64,000 nucleotides of DNA, taken from NCBI GenBank assembly GCA_002269645.1, contig NIVC01003602.1, positions 1 through 64,000 on the forward strand, in the 5' to 3' direction. The stretch is from Macrostomum lignano (taxonomy: Eukaryota). The position numbers and the translations under genes were made by a program. This document shows, piece after piece, positions 25,050 through 36,401 of the stretch. Within the stretch, counting starts at the first letter, position 1, and each line of letters starts with the position of its first letter. Under the pieces are notes generated by a model that made no database searches, was not told where the DNA came from, and saw nothing but the letters and a program-made list of their open reading frames with translations.

Positions 25050-26935
25050 CGGCTGTCGAGGACCAGCCTTGGTGGTGTGCCGTACCGTGAGGCCGGTGGT
25101 GTTGTACACGGAGGTGTTGTAGGCCGAGCTAATATATCGAAGCTTCCTGTCCTAGTCCTGCTAGTTCTCCGACACCGTCGTTGCCAGCATATCGCCTAGA
25201 GTCCGATTGTCTCGTTCGATGAAGCCGTTTCCGCTCTAATAAACAGGCGACGTGCGGGTCTTCTCAACGCCCAGCGTTCTTCTTCTCAACACCACGTCGA
25301 TTGCTGTTAAAACTCTCGTCTTCATTCACTTGGAGGAGGTGTCAGGCATGTTCAGGATGTAAGAATTGCCATCAGTCGTGCACGGCAGCGGCTTTTCCGT
25401 GTCAATCTGCACCAGCTGCTCCGGCGCCTTCTGTATGGCCTGGTCGGATTCTTCTTAGCTAGACAGGTAGCACAGCTGGCCACCTAAAAGTAGTTCTCTA
25501 CGTCCCGCCGCATACCGGGCCATCAGCAGTGCTCCATCAGTCTCGCTGGCGTCCTATCGATGCCGAGATGTCCACTCTGGTTGCATGAGTGAGCCTGGTG
25601 CAGAAGGTGGGAATGACTGACCGGCCACAGACCTTCAGGACCCCGCCGAACTCACTGCAGCTTCGTCAAGCAGCTCACGAACCTGCGCTGCCCAACCCTC
25701 AGACTGACTGTCGATCTCTTCGGCCAGTACCTGGAACGCCTTGCTAAGTAGCGGATCTTCCAGTCGCTCCTCGCCGTCACCCCACCGAGGCTGCATCCGA
25801 GTGCCGGCCACCCCGCCCACCCGGCCCAGCGCATCCGGCACTACGTTGTCTATGCCACGCCGTTAGAACAGATTGAAGGAGAACTGCTGCAGAGTCGACA
25901 ACCACCACGCCAGCCAGCCCTCCGGGTCCTTCGTCGCCAACAGACCCTGCAGAGGCTTATGGTCCAAATAGACCGTGAATTTCGGGACACTCAGCAGGTA
26001 CGTCCTGGAGTGCTTCAGACTCCAGACCATTGAGAGCAGCTCCCGGTCGCCTTGTTGAGGGTACGAGAGGCAAACGCCACCGGCAGCTCGGCATCTCCCT
26101 GCAGCTGGCTGAGCACAGCACCGAACTCAAACTGGCTGCTGTCGCAACCGAGCACGAACTGCTTGGTGAAATCCGGTAATCTTAGCACCGAGGCCGTCGT
26201 CAGGTTGTTTTTAAGCTCATTGAACGCCCACTCGCAGTTGCTGTTTCAGGCGAAGTCCCTCAATTTCAGGCTGAAATCATGCAGGACCCTTGTAGGCTGG
26301 CTGAAGCTTTTGATGAAACGGCGGTAGAAACCCAGCATACCGAGAAACCGCTTCACCTCCTCCTCTATCGTTGAACTAAGCATGATGCGAATCACCTCAA
26401 ACTTGCCAGAGTCAGGTGCATCATGCTGATCAGGTATCCCAGGTACAGCACCGATTTTCGCTTTGTTCAGTTTGAGTCCCACGCTTCTCAAGCGTCGAAA
26501 AACATGATGGACCAAGCCTCAACAAGTACTCGTCGAACGTACCGCTGATGACCACCAGGAGAACATCGACTCCCATGACAGACTAGACATGACCAGCTCC
26601 ATAAGCCACAGAAACGTTGCACATTCCGAAGCCCATCTTGCAGAACTACATCAGGCCGCGGTTCGAATAGAACGCAGTCTTGAACCGGTCCTCTTGCGCC
26701 ACCTCCATCTGATGGTAGCACTGTCGACAGTCAATGGTGGAGAACCAGGAGTATCCGAACAGCGCGTCCTTGATCGTGCAGACATTCAGCTGTCGCTAGT
26801 CCTTGCAGAGTCGGTTGTCGCTGTTCTTCTTGAGCACCAGCAGCAGGTTCGATGATGCCGCTGTCCAGCATCTGACCGATTTTCTTGTCCACCTAGTCCC
26901 GCCCTGACAGAGGCAGTCGGCCCTGGCTAGGCCTT
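25050..26935 (-). mobile_element. Degenerate Ty3/Gypsy LTR-retrotransposon pol remnant (RT, RNase H, integrase)
   Basis: Manual translation: RT QMLDSGIIEP/LVLKKNSDNRLCKD/FSTIDCRQCYHQ/KTAF/MGFGMCN; RNase H FVLGCDSSQFGAVLSQ...PVAFASR; integrase HHCC SGHLGIDRT..WPGMRRDVENY..CATC and NGFIERDNRTL..AYNTS. Many stops, frameshifts and deletions; no LTRs seen. Confidence 0.9.
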
Positions 26936-28057
26936 CAAATATAGTTAAATGATGAAAGCGATGTGTGTGGCCTCCATCATAGACATGCAGTGGCCCCTGC
27001 GCACACTAGAGATCATGCGCCAGACTACAGTAATGTTTGCATTTGCACTACTACGAGTAGTACGCATATATATGGTTTGGATTGCTAAAAATAAAACAAG
27101 TTATAACAGAGAATGCCTGCATAAGGACAGAACCGCTTCCCTGCTGTTGCTGGAGTGCTGTCCGAGTTATCGACATTGGCGAAAGTTAGAATTTTTAGCT
27201 TCAGGAAAAAGCAAGAAAAGGGAGTCGATGCTCTGATTGCGACTCGGCCCTTCCACCGGGCTCTGCCGCATCCCGACCGTCTCGCGATCATGACCGGATG
27301 TGCAAAAACGTGCATCATAAAGAATGTACGAGCGCGTATTCTGAAGATTCTCAGATTTTATCTACTTACTAATCGATTCAAAGCAGCTTATTTTTTGCTG
27401 ACAAGTGTTTTATGGGTACGTTTTATTTATTGTAGAAAGGCCTGAAAGGCACACGTTGAGAATAGGCCTGTGATAGTCGAATTTGGAGACTATAGATCGG
27501 TGAGAGTAGACTAATGAGATTAGACCAGTGAGACTAGAGAAGTGAGACTAAACCAGTGAGCTTAGATCTGTAAGAGTCGACCTTTAAGACTATATGGATC
27601 AGTGAGAATGGACCATTGATGTAATACATGCGAAAGTTGACCTGCGACAGAATACGAGTCGTCCAGCACTTCAACAACTCTCTAACAGATTCGCTTAAAG
27701 ATTTCTCTTATTTTTTTACAAAAGAAACACAGACGGTAAAGTCCGTATACGTACCGACATCAAATGTAGCCAGCTCCCTGAGCAATGTTGCCCCTCATTT
27801 CTACTTTTAAGCGCAATCGGAATACAAGTTCCTTATCAAATCTAGTACGTTGGGCCTGCGACACTGTGAACAGAGTGTTAAGGTGCCACGTGCGGGCAAA
27901 GCTTAGTGATAATGAAGAGCACGTTGTAAAAGGCGGTTTTCAGAGCTCTTGATCTGATAAGACTTAGTCAAATAAATAGAGAGAGTTATGCTTGAATTGA
28001 GTTCTCAATACTGCAGGGTGTACAGTAGAAGCAGATTAGAGAAAGGCAGGGGCAGGC

Positions 28058-28113
28058 ATGAACGATCCAACAGTCAGCTACGACAATAATCTGGATCAGG
28101 AGTCAATCAGCAT
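28058..28113 (+). CDS. MATE/SLC47-like transporter exon 1 (MNDPTVSYDNNLDQESIS)
   Basis: ATG at 28058; donor AT|GTGAGT in phase 2 matches the phase-2 acceptor TTTTTTCAG at 28654. Confidence 0.6.
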
Positions 28114-28409
28114 GTGAGTGCGTCTCTGTCATTTGCTATATTCTAACTGACTATTAATGCTAACTGATTAAATTTCTAGAAAAAATTCTATACCTGGAAG
28201 TCCTTTTCTTTGCTTAAACTAGCTCGTAATACGGAATACAAAAGTGACAACCGTAAAAGTAACAAAAAATCGATAAGTGTAGCCTCCGATAAATTGGCCT
28301 TCAAAAATTGGCCAAAAACTGAAAATCACTTTCTGGCCAATTAGTTCTTCCAATAAATCGGCCTTAATAAGAACTAAACTTCCTAAAAACAGGCTTCATA
28401 AAAAACTTC

Positions 28410-28635
28410 ATAAAAAGGACTTTCAAAAATCAGCCCTAAAAATGGCCTTTCATAAAAACCGGCCTTCATAGAAACCGGCCTTCATAAAACGGCCTTCATA
28501 AAACTGCCTTCAAAACAGAACCTTCATAAAAACCGGCCTTCATAAAAACCGGCCTTCATAAAACTGCCTTCAAAACAGAACCTTCATAAAAACCGGCCTT
28601 CATAAAAACCGGCCTTAATAAAAACCGACCTTCAA
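28410..28635. repeat. About 16-bp minisatellite (CCGGCCTTCATAAAAA)n in MATE intron 1
   Basis: Tandem copies ending about 20 nt before the acceptor. Confidence 0.85.
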
Positions 28636-28654
28636 TAAATCGATATTTTTTCAG

Positions 28655-29534
28655 CCGCGAGGTCTCTTACGTCGGCATCAATTCGAACTCCACCGCGTTC
28701 AACCAATCCGGCTCCCGACGTCGACAGCAGGGATGCCGTCGTCGCCGGCGCTGCCGACGCTGGTTGGTCGAGATCGGCGACGCTGCTCGCCTGCACGCAC
28801 CAGCCGCGGCAGCCGGTCTTCTCGGCATCGGGCCTCAAGTCTCCTGCCTTGTCGCCTGCGGCCGATTGTCGTCGATTGAACTGTCCGCCGCCAGCGTCTC
28901 GCTGCCGCTGCTTGTCGGGCTCTGCTTGGCGCCGGCGCTAACTGCCGGCGCTGTGTCTGGCGCCAGCGCTGGCGCCGTCGCTCTACTCCTGGCCGGCTGT
29001 CTGCTGGCGAACTCGCGCCCGCTGCTGCTGGCGCTGGGCCTGGCGCCCAACCTGGCGCAGATGTCAGCCGACCTGCTGCTGGCGCTCCTGCCTGGCGCCG
29101 TTTTCGCCTGCGGCTTTGCTTGGCTCAGTCGAGCGCGCCGTCTATCTGGCGCCGGCTGCCCGTCGGCGCCGTTGCTATGCTCGTTGCTGGGCAACGCAGC
29201 TTGCATTGGCGCGCTGGTATACGGCTCGGCCGGGTGGGGCCTGCGATACCTGGGCGTCGGGGCCTGCTACTCGGCTGCCCAGGCAGTCGCTTTGATGTCA
29301 TTGCTGGCGACAGCCGCGGTGGAGTCGGCGGCTGCCGCACTCGGCGGTCGAATCGGCGCCGGACCGACTTGGATTTGTCGCGGCGGCGGCGGCGGACGTC
29401 GACAGAGGCGCGTCTGGCTGGGCTTGGCCGCAGGCATTCTGGAAGGCGTCGCATTCGACGCTGCGCCAACGCTGGTTGCCGTGGCGACGGACTCGACTGG
29501 GGGTCTGGCGGCTGCTCAAGGAGTCGCTTGGCAG
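28655..29534 (+). CDS. MATE/SLC47-like transporter exon 2 (TM1-TM8 region)
   Basis: Frame is open from the acceptor. CGRLSSIELSAASV, RPLLLALGLAPNLAQMSADLL..LPG, LLGNAA..G.G..GVGAC and LEGVAFD...AAQ align by eye to eukaryotic MATE motifs (CGHLGKLELDAV, MEWWAYE, GAQ). Donor CAG|GTGGGA at 29534. Confidence 0.72.
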
Positions 29535-29539
29535 GTGGG

Positions 29540-29955
29540 ATGGAGTGACAGATGGCGTGACAGATAGAGTGACGGATGGAGCTTTGGATGGAGTGAGAGA
29601 TGGAGTGACAGGTGGAGTGACGGGTGGAGTGACAGATGGAGTGACAGATGGACCTATAGATAGAGTGATGAATCGTGTGATAGATGGAGCTCTGGATGGA
29701 GCTCTGGATGGAGTGACGGATGGAGTGACGGATGGAGTGACGGATGGAGTGACGGATGAAGTGACGGATGGAGTGACGGATGGAGTGACGGATGGAGTGA
29801 CGGATGGAGTGACGGATGGAGTGACGGATGGAGTGACGGATGGAATGACGGATGGAGCTTTGGGTGGAGTGACGGATGGAGTGACAGATGGAGTGAAAGA
29901 TTGAGCTATGGATAGAGTGACAGATGGAGCTTTGGATGGAGTGACGGATGGACTA
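29540..29955. repeat. 12-bp minisatellite (GATGGAGTGACG)n filling MATE intron 2
   Basis: Tandem copies; source of the spurious VTPS/DGVT ORFs. Confidence 0.95.
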
Positions 29956-30004
29956 CTAATCATGACACTACTAATGGTAGTCTTTTATAAAATCACTTTC
30001 TCAG

Positions 30005-30868
30005 ATGGTCGCCCTAATCCGAGCTGTCGGTCCGCTCGCTTCGTCGACGTCGGTCGGCCTCCGCGTCGCCGGTCAGTTGGATCGGCGCGACGCGCCATCC
30101 GCTCGGCGCAGCCTTGGCGCCGGGCTCTGCCTCGCCTTTGCTATTGGCGCCGCTGTTGGCGCCACGCCTCTGGCGCTATTCCGCTGGCCACTGGCGCTCT
30201 GGCTCTGCCCCTGCTGGCCGGAGTTGGCGGCCAGGCTACTCGGCATTGCAGCGCCGTTGCCGCTCGCCGAGTCGCTCGCCCTGCCTTGCGCCGCCTCCCT
30301 AGCCGCCGTTGGCCATCCGTCGGTCGCTGCCGGCATCGCCGCCCTCGCCCTGGCCGGCGGCGCCCTGCCGCTGGGATTTCTGCTCGCAATGATCCCCACT
30401 GCCCGGCTGCAGCTGGGCCCTGCCGGCTGCTGGCTCGGCCTCCTGGCCGGCTCCATTCTCGCCGTCGCGCTGCTCGGCTCGTCGCTTCATCGACTGGCCT
30501 GGCGACTCGGCGGCAGCGGCCTTCCGGACGAAAGTCTGGACGAGGCGGCGGCGCTGCTCGGCCAGTGGCGCGGCGGGCCGCAGGCTTCGCTTCGCCGAGG
30601 CAGCGGCGTCATCCGGGTGGACCTGCTGGCGCCGGGATCCGCCACGGCTACGGCGAGGCCGACCCCGCTGCGGCCCTGCCTGATGGTGCCGTCGGAGTCG
30701 GGTCAATTGTCGGCATCTTCGACAATGTCGTCCCGCTGTCGACAAGTCACCGCCTGCCTGCTGCTGCTGCTGACTGCGGCGGCTGCGGCTGCTCTGCGAC
30801 TGCACCAGGCCGACTTTTTGCCGCCGGTGGCCAACTTCAGCCTTCCGCTGCCCGGTGATGGTTGCTAG
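30005..30868 (+). CDS. MATE/SLC47-like transporter exon 3 (TM8-TM12 plus C-terminal extra TM)
   Basis: Acceptor CTTTCTCAG at 30004, phase 0. STSVGLRVAGQL..D...ARRS, LAESLA, ALPLGFLLA..LGPAGCWLGL and a C-terminal hydrophobic helix match the SLC47 layout. The three exons total 1800 nt (599 aa plus stop). Confidence 0.75.
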   Translation: MVALIRAVGPLASSTSVGLRVAGQLDRRDAPSARRSLGAGLCLAFAIGAAVGATPLALFRWPLALWLCPCWPELAARLLGIAAPLPLAESLALPCAASLAAVGHPSVAAGIAALALAGGALPLGFLLAMIPTARLQLGPAGCWLGLLAGSILAVALLGSSLHRLAWRLGGSGLPDESLDEAAALLGQWRGGPQASLRRGSGVIRVDLLAPGSATATARPTPLRPCLMVPSESGQLSASSTMSSRCRQVTACLLLLLTAAAAAALRLHQADFLPPVANFSLPLPGDGC

Positions 30869-30964
30869 GCGACCATCTAGTCGCCATGGTAGCTAGTGTA
30901 AAGTATTAATTTTGATTTCTTTTCGATCGATAAGTAAAATCAAATTTAAATTTGCGCCGAAGAG

Positions 30965-31397
<433 letters not shown>

Positions 31398-31460
31398 CAC
31401 TCTCTCACACGCTCACACAGGGTGTACAGTCACCTTGACATCTTATCATCAGACATGTGC
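31398..31460 (-). mobile_element. 3' fragment of a tRNA-derived SINE with an (AGAC)n tail
   Basis: Reverse complement CTGTACACCCTGTGTGAGCGTGTG matches CTGTACACTCCTGTGTGAGTGTGTG in the SINE copy at 32005-32312. Confidence 0.5.
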
Positions 31461-31690
31461 CATTCGGGGATTTGATTCTCGATCCCATTGGAATAATTTG
31501 TGTCCTTGAGCAAGACACTTAACTCTACATTGCTTCAGCTCACCCAGCTGTAAAATGGGTGCCAGCATTAGCTGGGGTAATTGAGGGTGTGTGTAGCGAC
31601 CCCCCAGTCCTTGGACTGAACAGCCGTACGCAGCCTTCAGATGCGCCGCGCAATAGCTGCGGCTGAGCTGTCGGTAGCACATCTGGCTTA
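31460..31690 (+). mobile_element. CORE-like (MIR-type) SINE
   Basis: TGTGTCCTTGAGCAAGACACTTAAC...CAG...CTGTAAAATGGG closely resembles the CORE/MIR central domain; preceded by a degenerate B box. Confidence 0.65.
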
Positions 31691-31723
31691 ATTGGTGGAG
31701 GTGTAATCAATTATTATTGCTAC

Positions 31724-31778
31724 GGAATCGAACCACGGGTCGTGGAGCTAAAGTCAGACGTGTTGACCGCTGAGCAGC
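31724..31778 (-). mobile_element. tRNA-derived SINE head fragment
   Basis: Reverse complement GGCTGCTCAGCGGTC...GGTTCGATTC contains Pol III A- and B-box-like motifs without a full cloverleaf. Confidence 0.45.
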
Positions 31779-32004
31779 CCAGAGTTTAACAGTGTTCTTC
31801 GGTGTCTAAAACTATAAGCGCGAATTTAAAAGCGATTCAATTTACCGAACGATTTCACTATGGTAACAAAGGACCTTCTGTTGAAAGTCCCACGCACAGT
31901 TCCAGCTGATATTACAGCATAAAATTCAGCTCAGAAAATGGCTCTGAACTATATTAAAAAGGAACATTTTTTTATTGGGGGCAGAGGCGCACTTTAAGCG
32001 ACAT

Positions 32005-32312
32005 TGGCACACAACCGGCGAGAGGCATTGCTGCCCATTCCGCCGACTCCCCTGAGCAGGCACACAAGCGCGCGGATACGTACGCAGTCATACGCACAGG
32101 CACACACTCACACAGGAGTGTACAGCGGTCCTAGCTTTATTTATCGTGAGGCATGTACACTTCACTGCGCCTTGGGGGGTTGGCTCTCAAGGGCGTTAAT
32201 TGCACGAGCAGAGCCAAGCCGAGATTCCAATTCAGCCCCAAATTAATGTGACTGCACTTGGAATCGAGCCTGGGCCGCTGGCACATCAGAGCCCCGTGGT
32301 TGAGCACTGTAT
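32005..32312 (-). mobile_element. tRNA-derived SINE, same family as the copies at 60595-60830 and 61125-61400
   Basis: B box GGCTCGATTCC (32270-32260) followed by blocks CATTAATTTG, TGAGAGCCAACCCCC, AGTGTACATGC, GGACCGCTGTACA and GCTCAGG..GTCGGCGGAATG shared with the other copies. Confidence 0.65.
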
Positions 32313-33035
32313 TAAATTAGATTATTATGATTATAATACAATTATAATAAATTATATTGCATTTAATTTGAGACTGAATATCCTGCACAGCGGAATTTTA
32401 TGTACTTCTTTGTTTAAACAAAATCAAATTCCTAATCTGTAATTTAATGTAAATCCGGTAGTTTTTTACGCATTTTTCTGCGCTATTAGCTACTAAAATA
32501 AAAAAGTAGCATAATAAGCGACATCTTTAGATTTTTTCATTATTATAGTGAAAGCTTAGTCACTCGTGAGAAAGTAATTGCGCGTGTATATTTTTAATTT
32601 AATAAAAAATCAGACAATAAAGCATTGCAAACTCTATCTGAGCAACTGAAAAACAATTGCAAAACAAAATTGCGCACACGACATCAAAATATTCATTATA
32701 CGCTACTTGATACTACGTAGCCAGTAGTGTAGACAGTTCACGGCAAGCTGAAACAAAAAAATATCAAAACTGGCTCGGTGAGAGAGAGAGAGGGCCCGTA
32801 AGATTTGATCGATTTTTTTAAACAAAAGACGCATTGCTTGCGGTGCAAGGCGGCGAGGCAAGAAGAAAAGCAACAGAAGAAAAAATGTGTTGTGAGCAAA
32901 CAAAAGTACTAATAGTATGGTATGCTACTATAGAACGTAAAATCCAAATTAAAAACAACATATCTCTTCACAAAGAAGTTTCGTATCATCTCGAAGTCTA
33001 TAAGTAATTCTGCTTCCAGGTTTTCATTTTGTGGT

Positions 33036-33053
33036 TCACTTCTCAGCGGACTC
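33036..33053 (-). CDS. DNAI2: DNAI2 putative terminal exon (ESAEK*)
   Basis: Acceptor TTATAATTTCAG at 33054, phase 0, TGA at 33038-33036. Confidence 0.5.
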   Translation of the reverse strand, partial: ESAEK

Positions 33054-33498
33054 CTGAAATTATAACAAAATATTTACAGTCAGTCATCATTAGATTGAGC
33101 ACTTCTACTTAAAAAATGTTCCATAAATGTAGTATTGAAAATTCATTTTTTCATGAGTGCTCACTGAGAATCAGTGTCCTAGTACGATTCCGTAAGTTAA
33201 AAAAGTTCTGCTTTAGTTTGACAAGTATCATTGTACAAGTAATACTATACTACATGCAAACTATAGTATATAATAAAATGTTCTAGTATGTATTAGTGCA
33301 CCGTTACTATAATATCAATACTCCTGCACTATAGTATTAGTACACATGTACTTTAGTATCAGTGCACCTGTACTATACTATCAGTACAACTGCACTATAG
33401 TATTATTGGACCTAGACATCCCACTACAGTATTAGTACACCTGCACTAAAATATGAGTACATCTGTATTAAACTACCCCTCCATTCCCCCTCCCTTAC

Positions 33499-33543
33499 CG
33501 ATTCTCCCTTTTCCTCGGCCGCCTGCTCGGGCACTTCTTCCAC
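33499..33543 (-). CDS. DNAI2: DNAI2 exon 4 (VEEVPEQAAEEKGES)
   Basis: Acceptor AATTTCAG at 33544, donor TCG|GTAAGG; acidic tail. Confidence 0.65.
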
Positions 33544-33629
33544 CTGAAATTAGACGCTTAATTAATCAATTTATCCATTCACTTACGGGTGTACTTTTAT
33601 TTAGCTATTGTGCCATAAAATTTTAATAC

Positions 33630-33851
33630 CTTCTCAAGCTCTTGTTTCTCCCCAGCTTCATCCTCCGCGTCACCGATGCCCGTCCCAGCCTCTTCTTCTT
33701 CATCAACCTGCCCGTTTCTGAGCGCCGCCTCGCGCTCCTCTTTGCGTCGGTCGCGCAGTTTCTTCTCGTTTTCGATTGCGGCGAAAAAGTCCGCCTCCGC
33801 CTTCGCAACCAAATCCTCATGCTCCTCGTCTCTGTGCTCCTCCTCTTCCTC
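33630..33851 (-). CDS. DNAI2: DNAI2 exon 3 (EEEEEHRDEEHEDLVAKAEADFFAAIENEKK...), C-terminal coiled coil
   Basis: Acceptor CCCAACGCCAG at 33852 and donor AAG|GTATTA, phases 0/0; AEADFF resembles the AEEEFF-type motif of DNAI2 orthologues. Confidence 0.85.
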
Positions 33852-33914
33852 CTGGCGTTGGGATGAAGATATTAGTGGATTAAGAGAGAAAGTTCATCTG
33901 ACCCAATGATCATG

Positions 33915-34470
33915 TCACTATGTGGATCAGCTGACCCACTGGTCCTGAATCTATCCCACTCTATGGGTCAGCTGACCCACTAGTCCGAATCTATCCCATT
34001 CTATGGGTCAGCTGACCCACTGATCCTGGATCTATCCCACTCTATGGGTCAGCTGACCCACTGATCCTGGATCTATCCCACTCTATGGGTCAGCTGACCC
34101 ACTGATCATGAATCTATCCCACTCTATGGGTCAGCTGACCCACTGATCCTGGATCCATATCACTCTATGGGTCAGCTGACCCACTGATCATGAATCTATC
34201 CCACTCTATGGGTCAGCTGACCCACTGATCCTGGATCCATATCACTCTATGGGTCAGCTGACCCACTGATCATGAATCTATCCCACTCTATGGGTCAGCT
34301 GACCCACTGATCATGAATCTATCCCACTCTATGAGTCAGCTGACCCACTGATCCTGGATCTATTCCACTCTATGGGTCAGCTGACCCACTGATCCCGAAT
34401 CAATCCCACTTTATTTGTCAGCTGACCCACTGATCCCGAATCAATCCCACACTATGGGTCAGCTGACCAG
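33915..34470. repeat. 41-bp minisatellite with a 16-bp perfect palindrome TGGGTCAGCTGACCCA in each unit
   Basis: Period 41 (copies start at 34001 and 34042). Confidence 0.93.
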
Positions 34471-34989
34471 ATTTGCATTCTTCTAATATCAGTGAAACTG
34501 TATAAAATCTTCCGAATTTCTCACTCTAGTCTGGCAGTTCATGTGATCGAAATAAATTATTCAAAGGAAGCTAAAATTGCTTCTTTCGTGTTCTGATCCA
34601 GTAAAAAGGTGAATTTGATGAATAGAAGGTTTTTCCGTGAAGATTTGTGTACAAAAATGCGGAAACTTTGATCTACAACAAACGGCAGCCCAAGTCTTAT
34701 GCTCCTAGAAGCAGAAGATTACCGGCGGAGCGGGCGTTTTGGCACTTCGAGTGCTCAATGGTGTCTCATTGCCACTGACGCTCTGCTAGATGAGGTTGGT
34801 TTGACCATTTTATAATTCGATTTTTTTAACTTGTTAGTCTGTTGTTAAACAATCCAAAATAAGTTACAAAACATGTAAACTGTACGTGTGTCGTGGCTAA
34901 GAATTTGTTCAATGCTAAAGGGGATTAAGCATTCGAAATTATGTCTAACATTTCAATATAGATTTTGCATAAACATATACGAGATTTCA

Positions 34990-35335
34990 GCTGACTCCCT
35001 TGAATTTTTTGCAAAGGGGTCAGTTGACCCTCCTGATTTTCACGAGTGAGGGGTCGAATGGCGGGGTCAATTTTCACGGGAGGTCAACTGACTCCCTGAT
35101 TTTTTTCTTCGTGAAAGGGGGCCAACTGACTCCCTGATTCTATCAAAGAAGGATTCAACTGACTCCCAGATCTTATTTTCTCGAGAAGGAGGTCAACTGA
35201 CTCCCTGATTTTCTTGGGGGGTCAACTGACTCCCTGATTTTCTTGGGGGGGGGGGGTCAACTCACTCACTGGTTTTTCGCGGGGAGGTCAACTAACCCAT
35301 TGTTTTCCCGCCAACACAGGGGTCAATTGACCATA
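34990..35335. repeat. Degenerate repeats of GGTCAACTGACTCCCTGATTTT, related to the 41-bp palindromic unit
   Basis: About 9 imperfect copies in DNAI2 intron 2. Confidence 0.75.
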
Positions 35336-35366
35336 CTGAATTGCTCAATCTCCCCAAAAAACTCAC

Positions 35367-35810
35367 CGCTCCACCTTTCTTCTCCTTCAGCTTCATCTCG
35401 CGATGCCGCGACTCCAGAATCTTCTCTCGTCGAGTTTCCCGTTCGAAAATCGCGTTCACCAGATTTCGCTCGTTCCGGTTTTGCGCGTAGAAACCTTCGG
35501 ACAGCTCCACGATGGTGGCGACTCCCGACTGGCTGCCGCAGGCCATGAGCCGGCCGTGCTCCTGCAGGCGGAGGCACTGCAGCGGCTCGTCGCAAACCTG
35601 CACAGTCAGTGTCGGGTCGTTCTGCTTGAACAGCAGGTCCCACACGTCCAGGGTGCCGTCAGTTTTCGATGTGAAGAACACCCCGGGTCGGGCGGTGGAC
35701 CAGCAACCGTCCGTGAGGCCGCACTGGTGATACTTGGTCCACATGATGGCGTTCTCTTTGATGTCCTCCGACCAGATGCGGGCTGTCCAGTCGCCAACTG
35801 ACATGAAAAC
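35367..35810 (-). CDS. DNAI2: DNAI2 exon 2 (WD40 repeats and start of the tail)
   Basis: [19 protein letters not shown]...[17 protein letters not shown]...[12 protein letters not shown]; acceptor CCGCAG at 35811 and donor GCG|GTGAGT. Confidence 0.95.
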
Positions 35811-35874
35811 CTGCGGATGGAGGGGGGTGGGCGGGGGTTGTCTATCTCAAGCACTCGATGTCTGTGGGCAAAAT

Positions 35875-36391
<517 letters not shown>

Positions 36392-36401
36392 ATAAGCTCA
36401 C

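Noticed and set aside
31724-31778. tRNA gene
   Set aside because: Only A/B-box-like motifs are present; no complete cloverleaf; better explained as a SINE head.
33915-34470. CRISPR-like array (palindromic repeat at regular spacing)
   Set aside because: The inter-palindrome sequence is itself repeated rather than unique spacers; no cas genes; eukaryotic intron.
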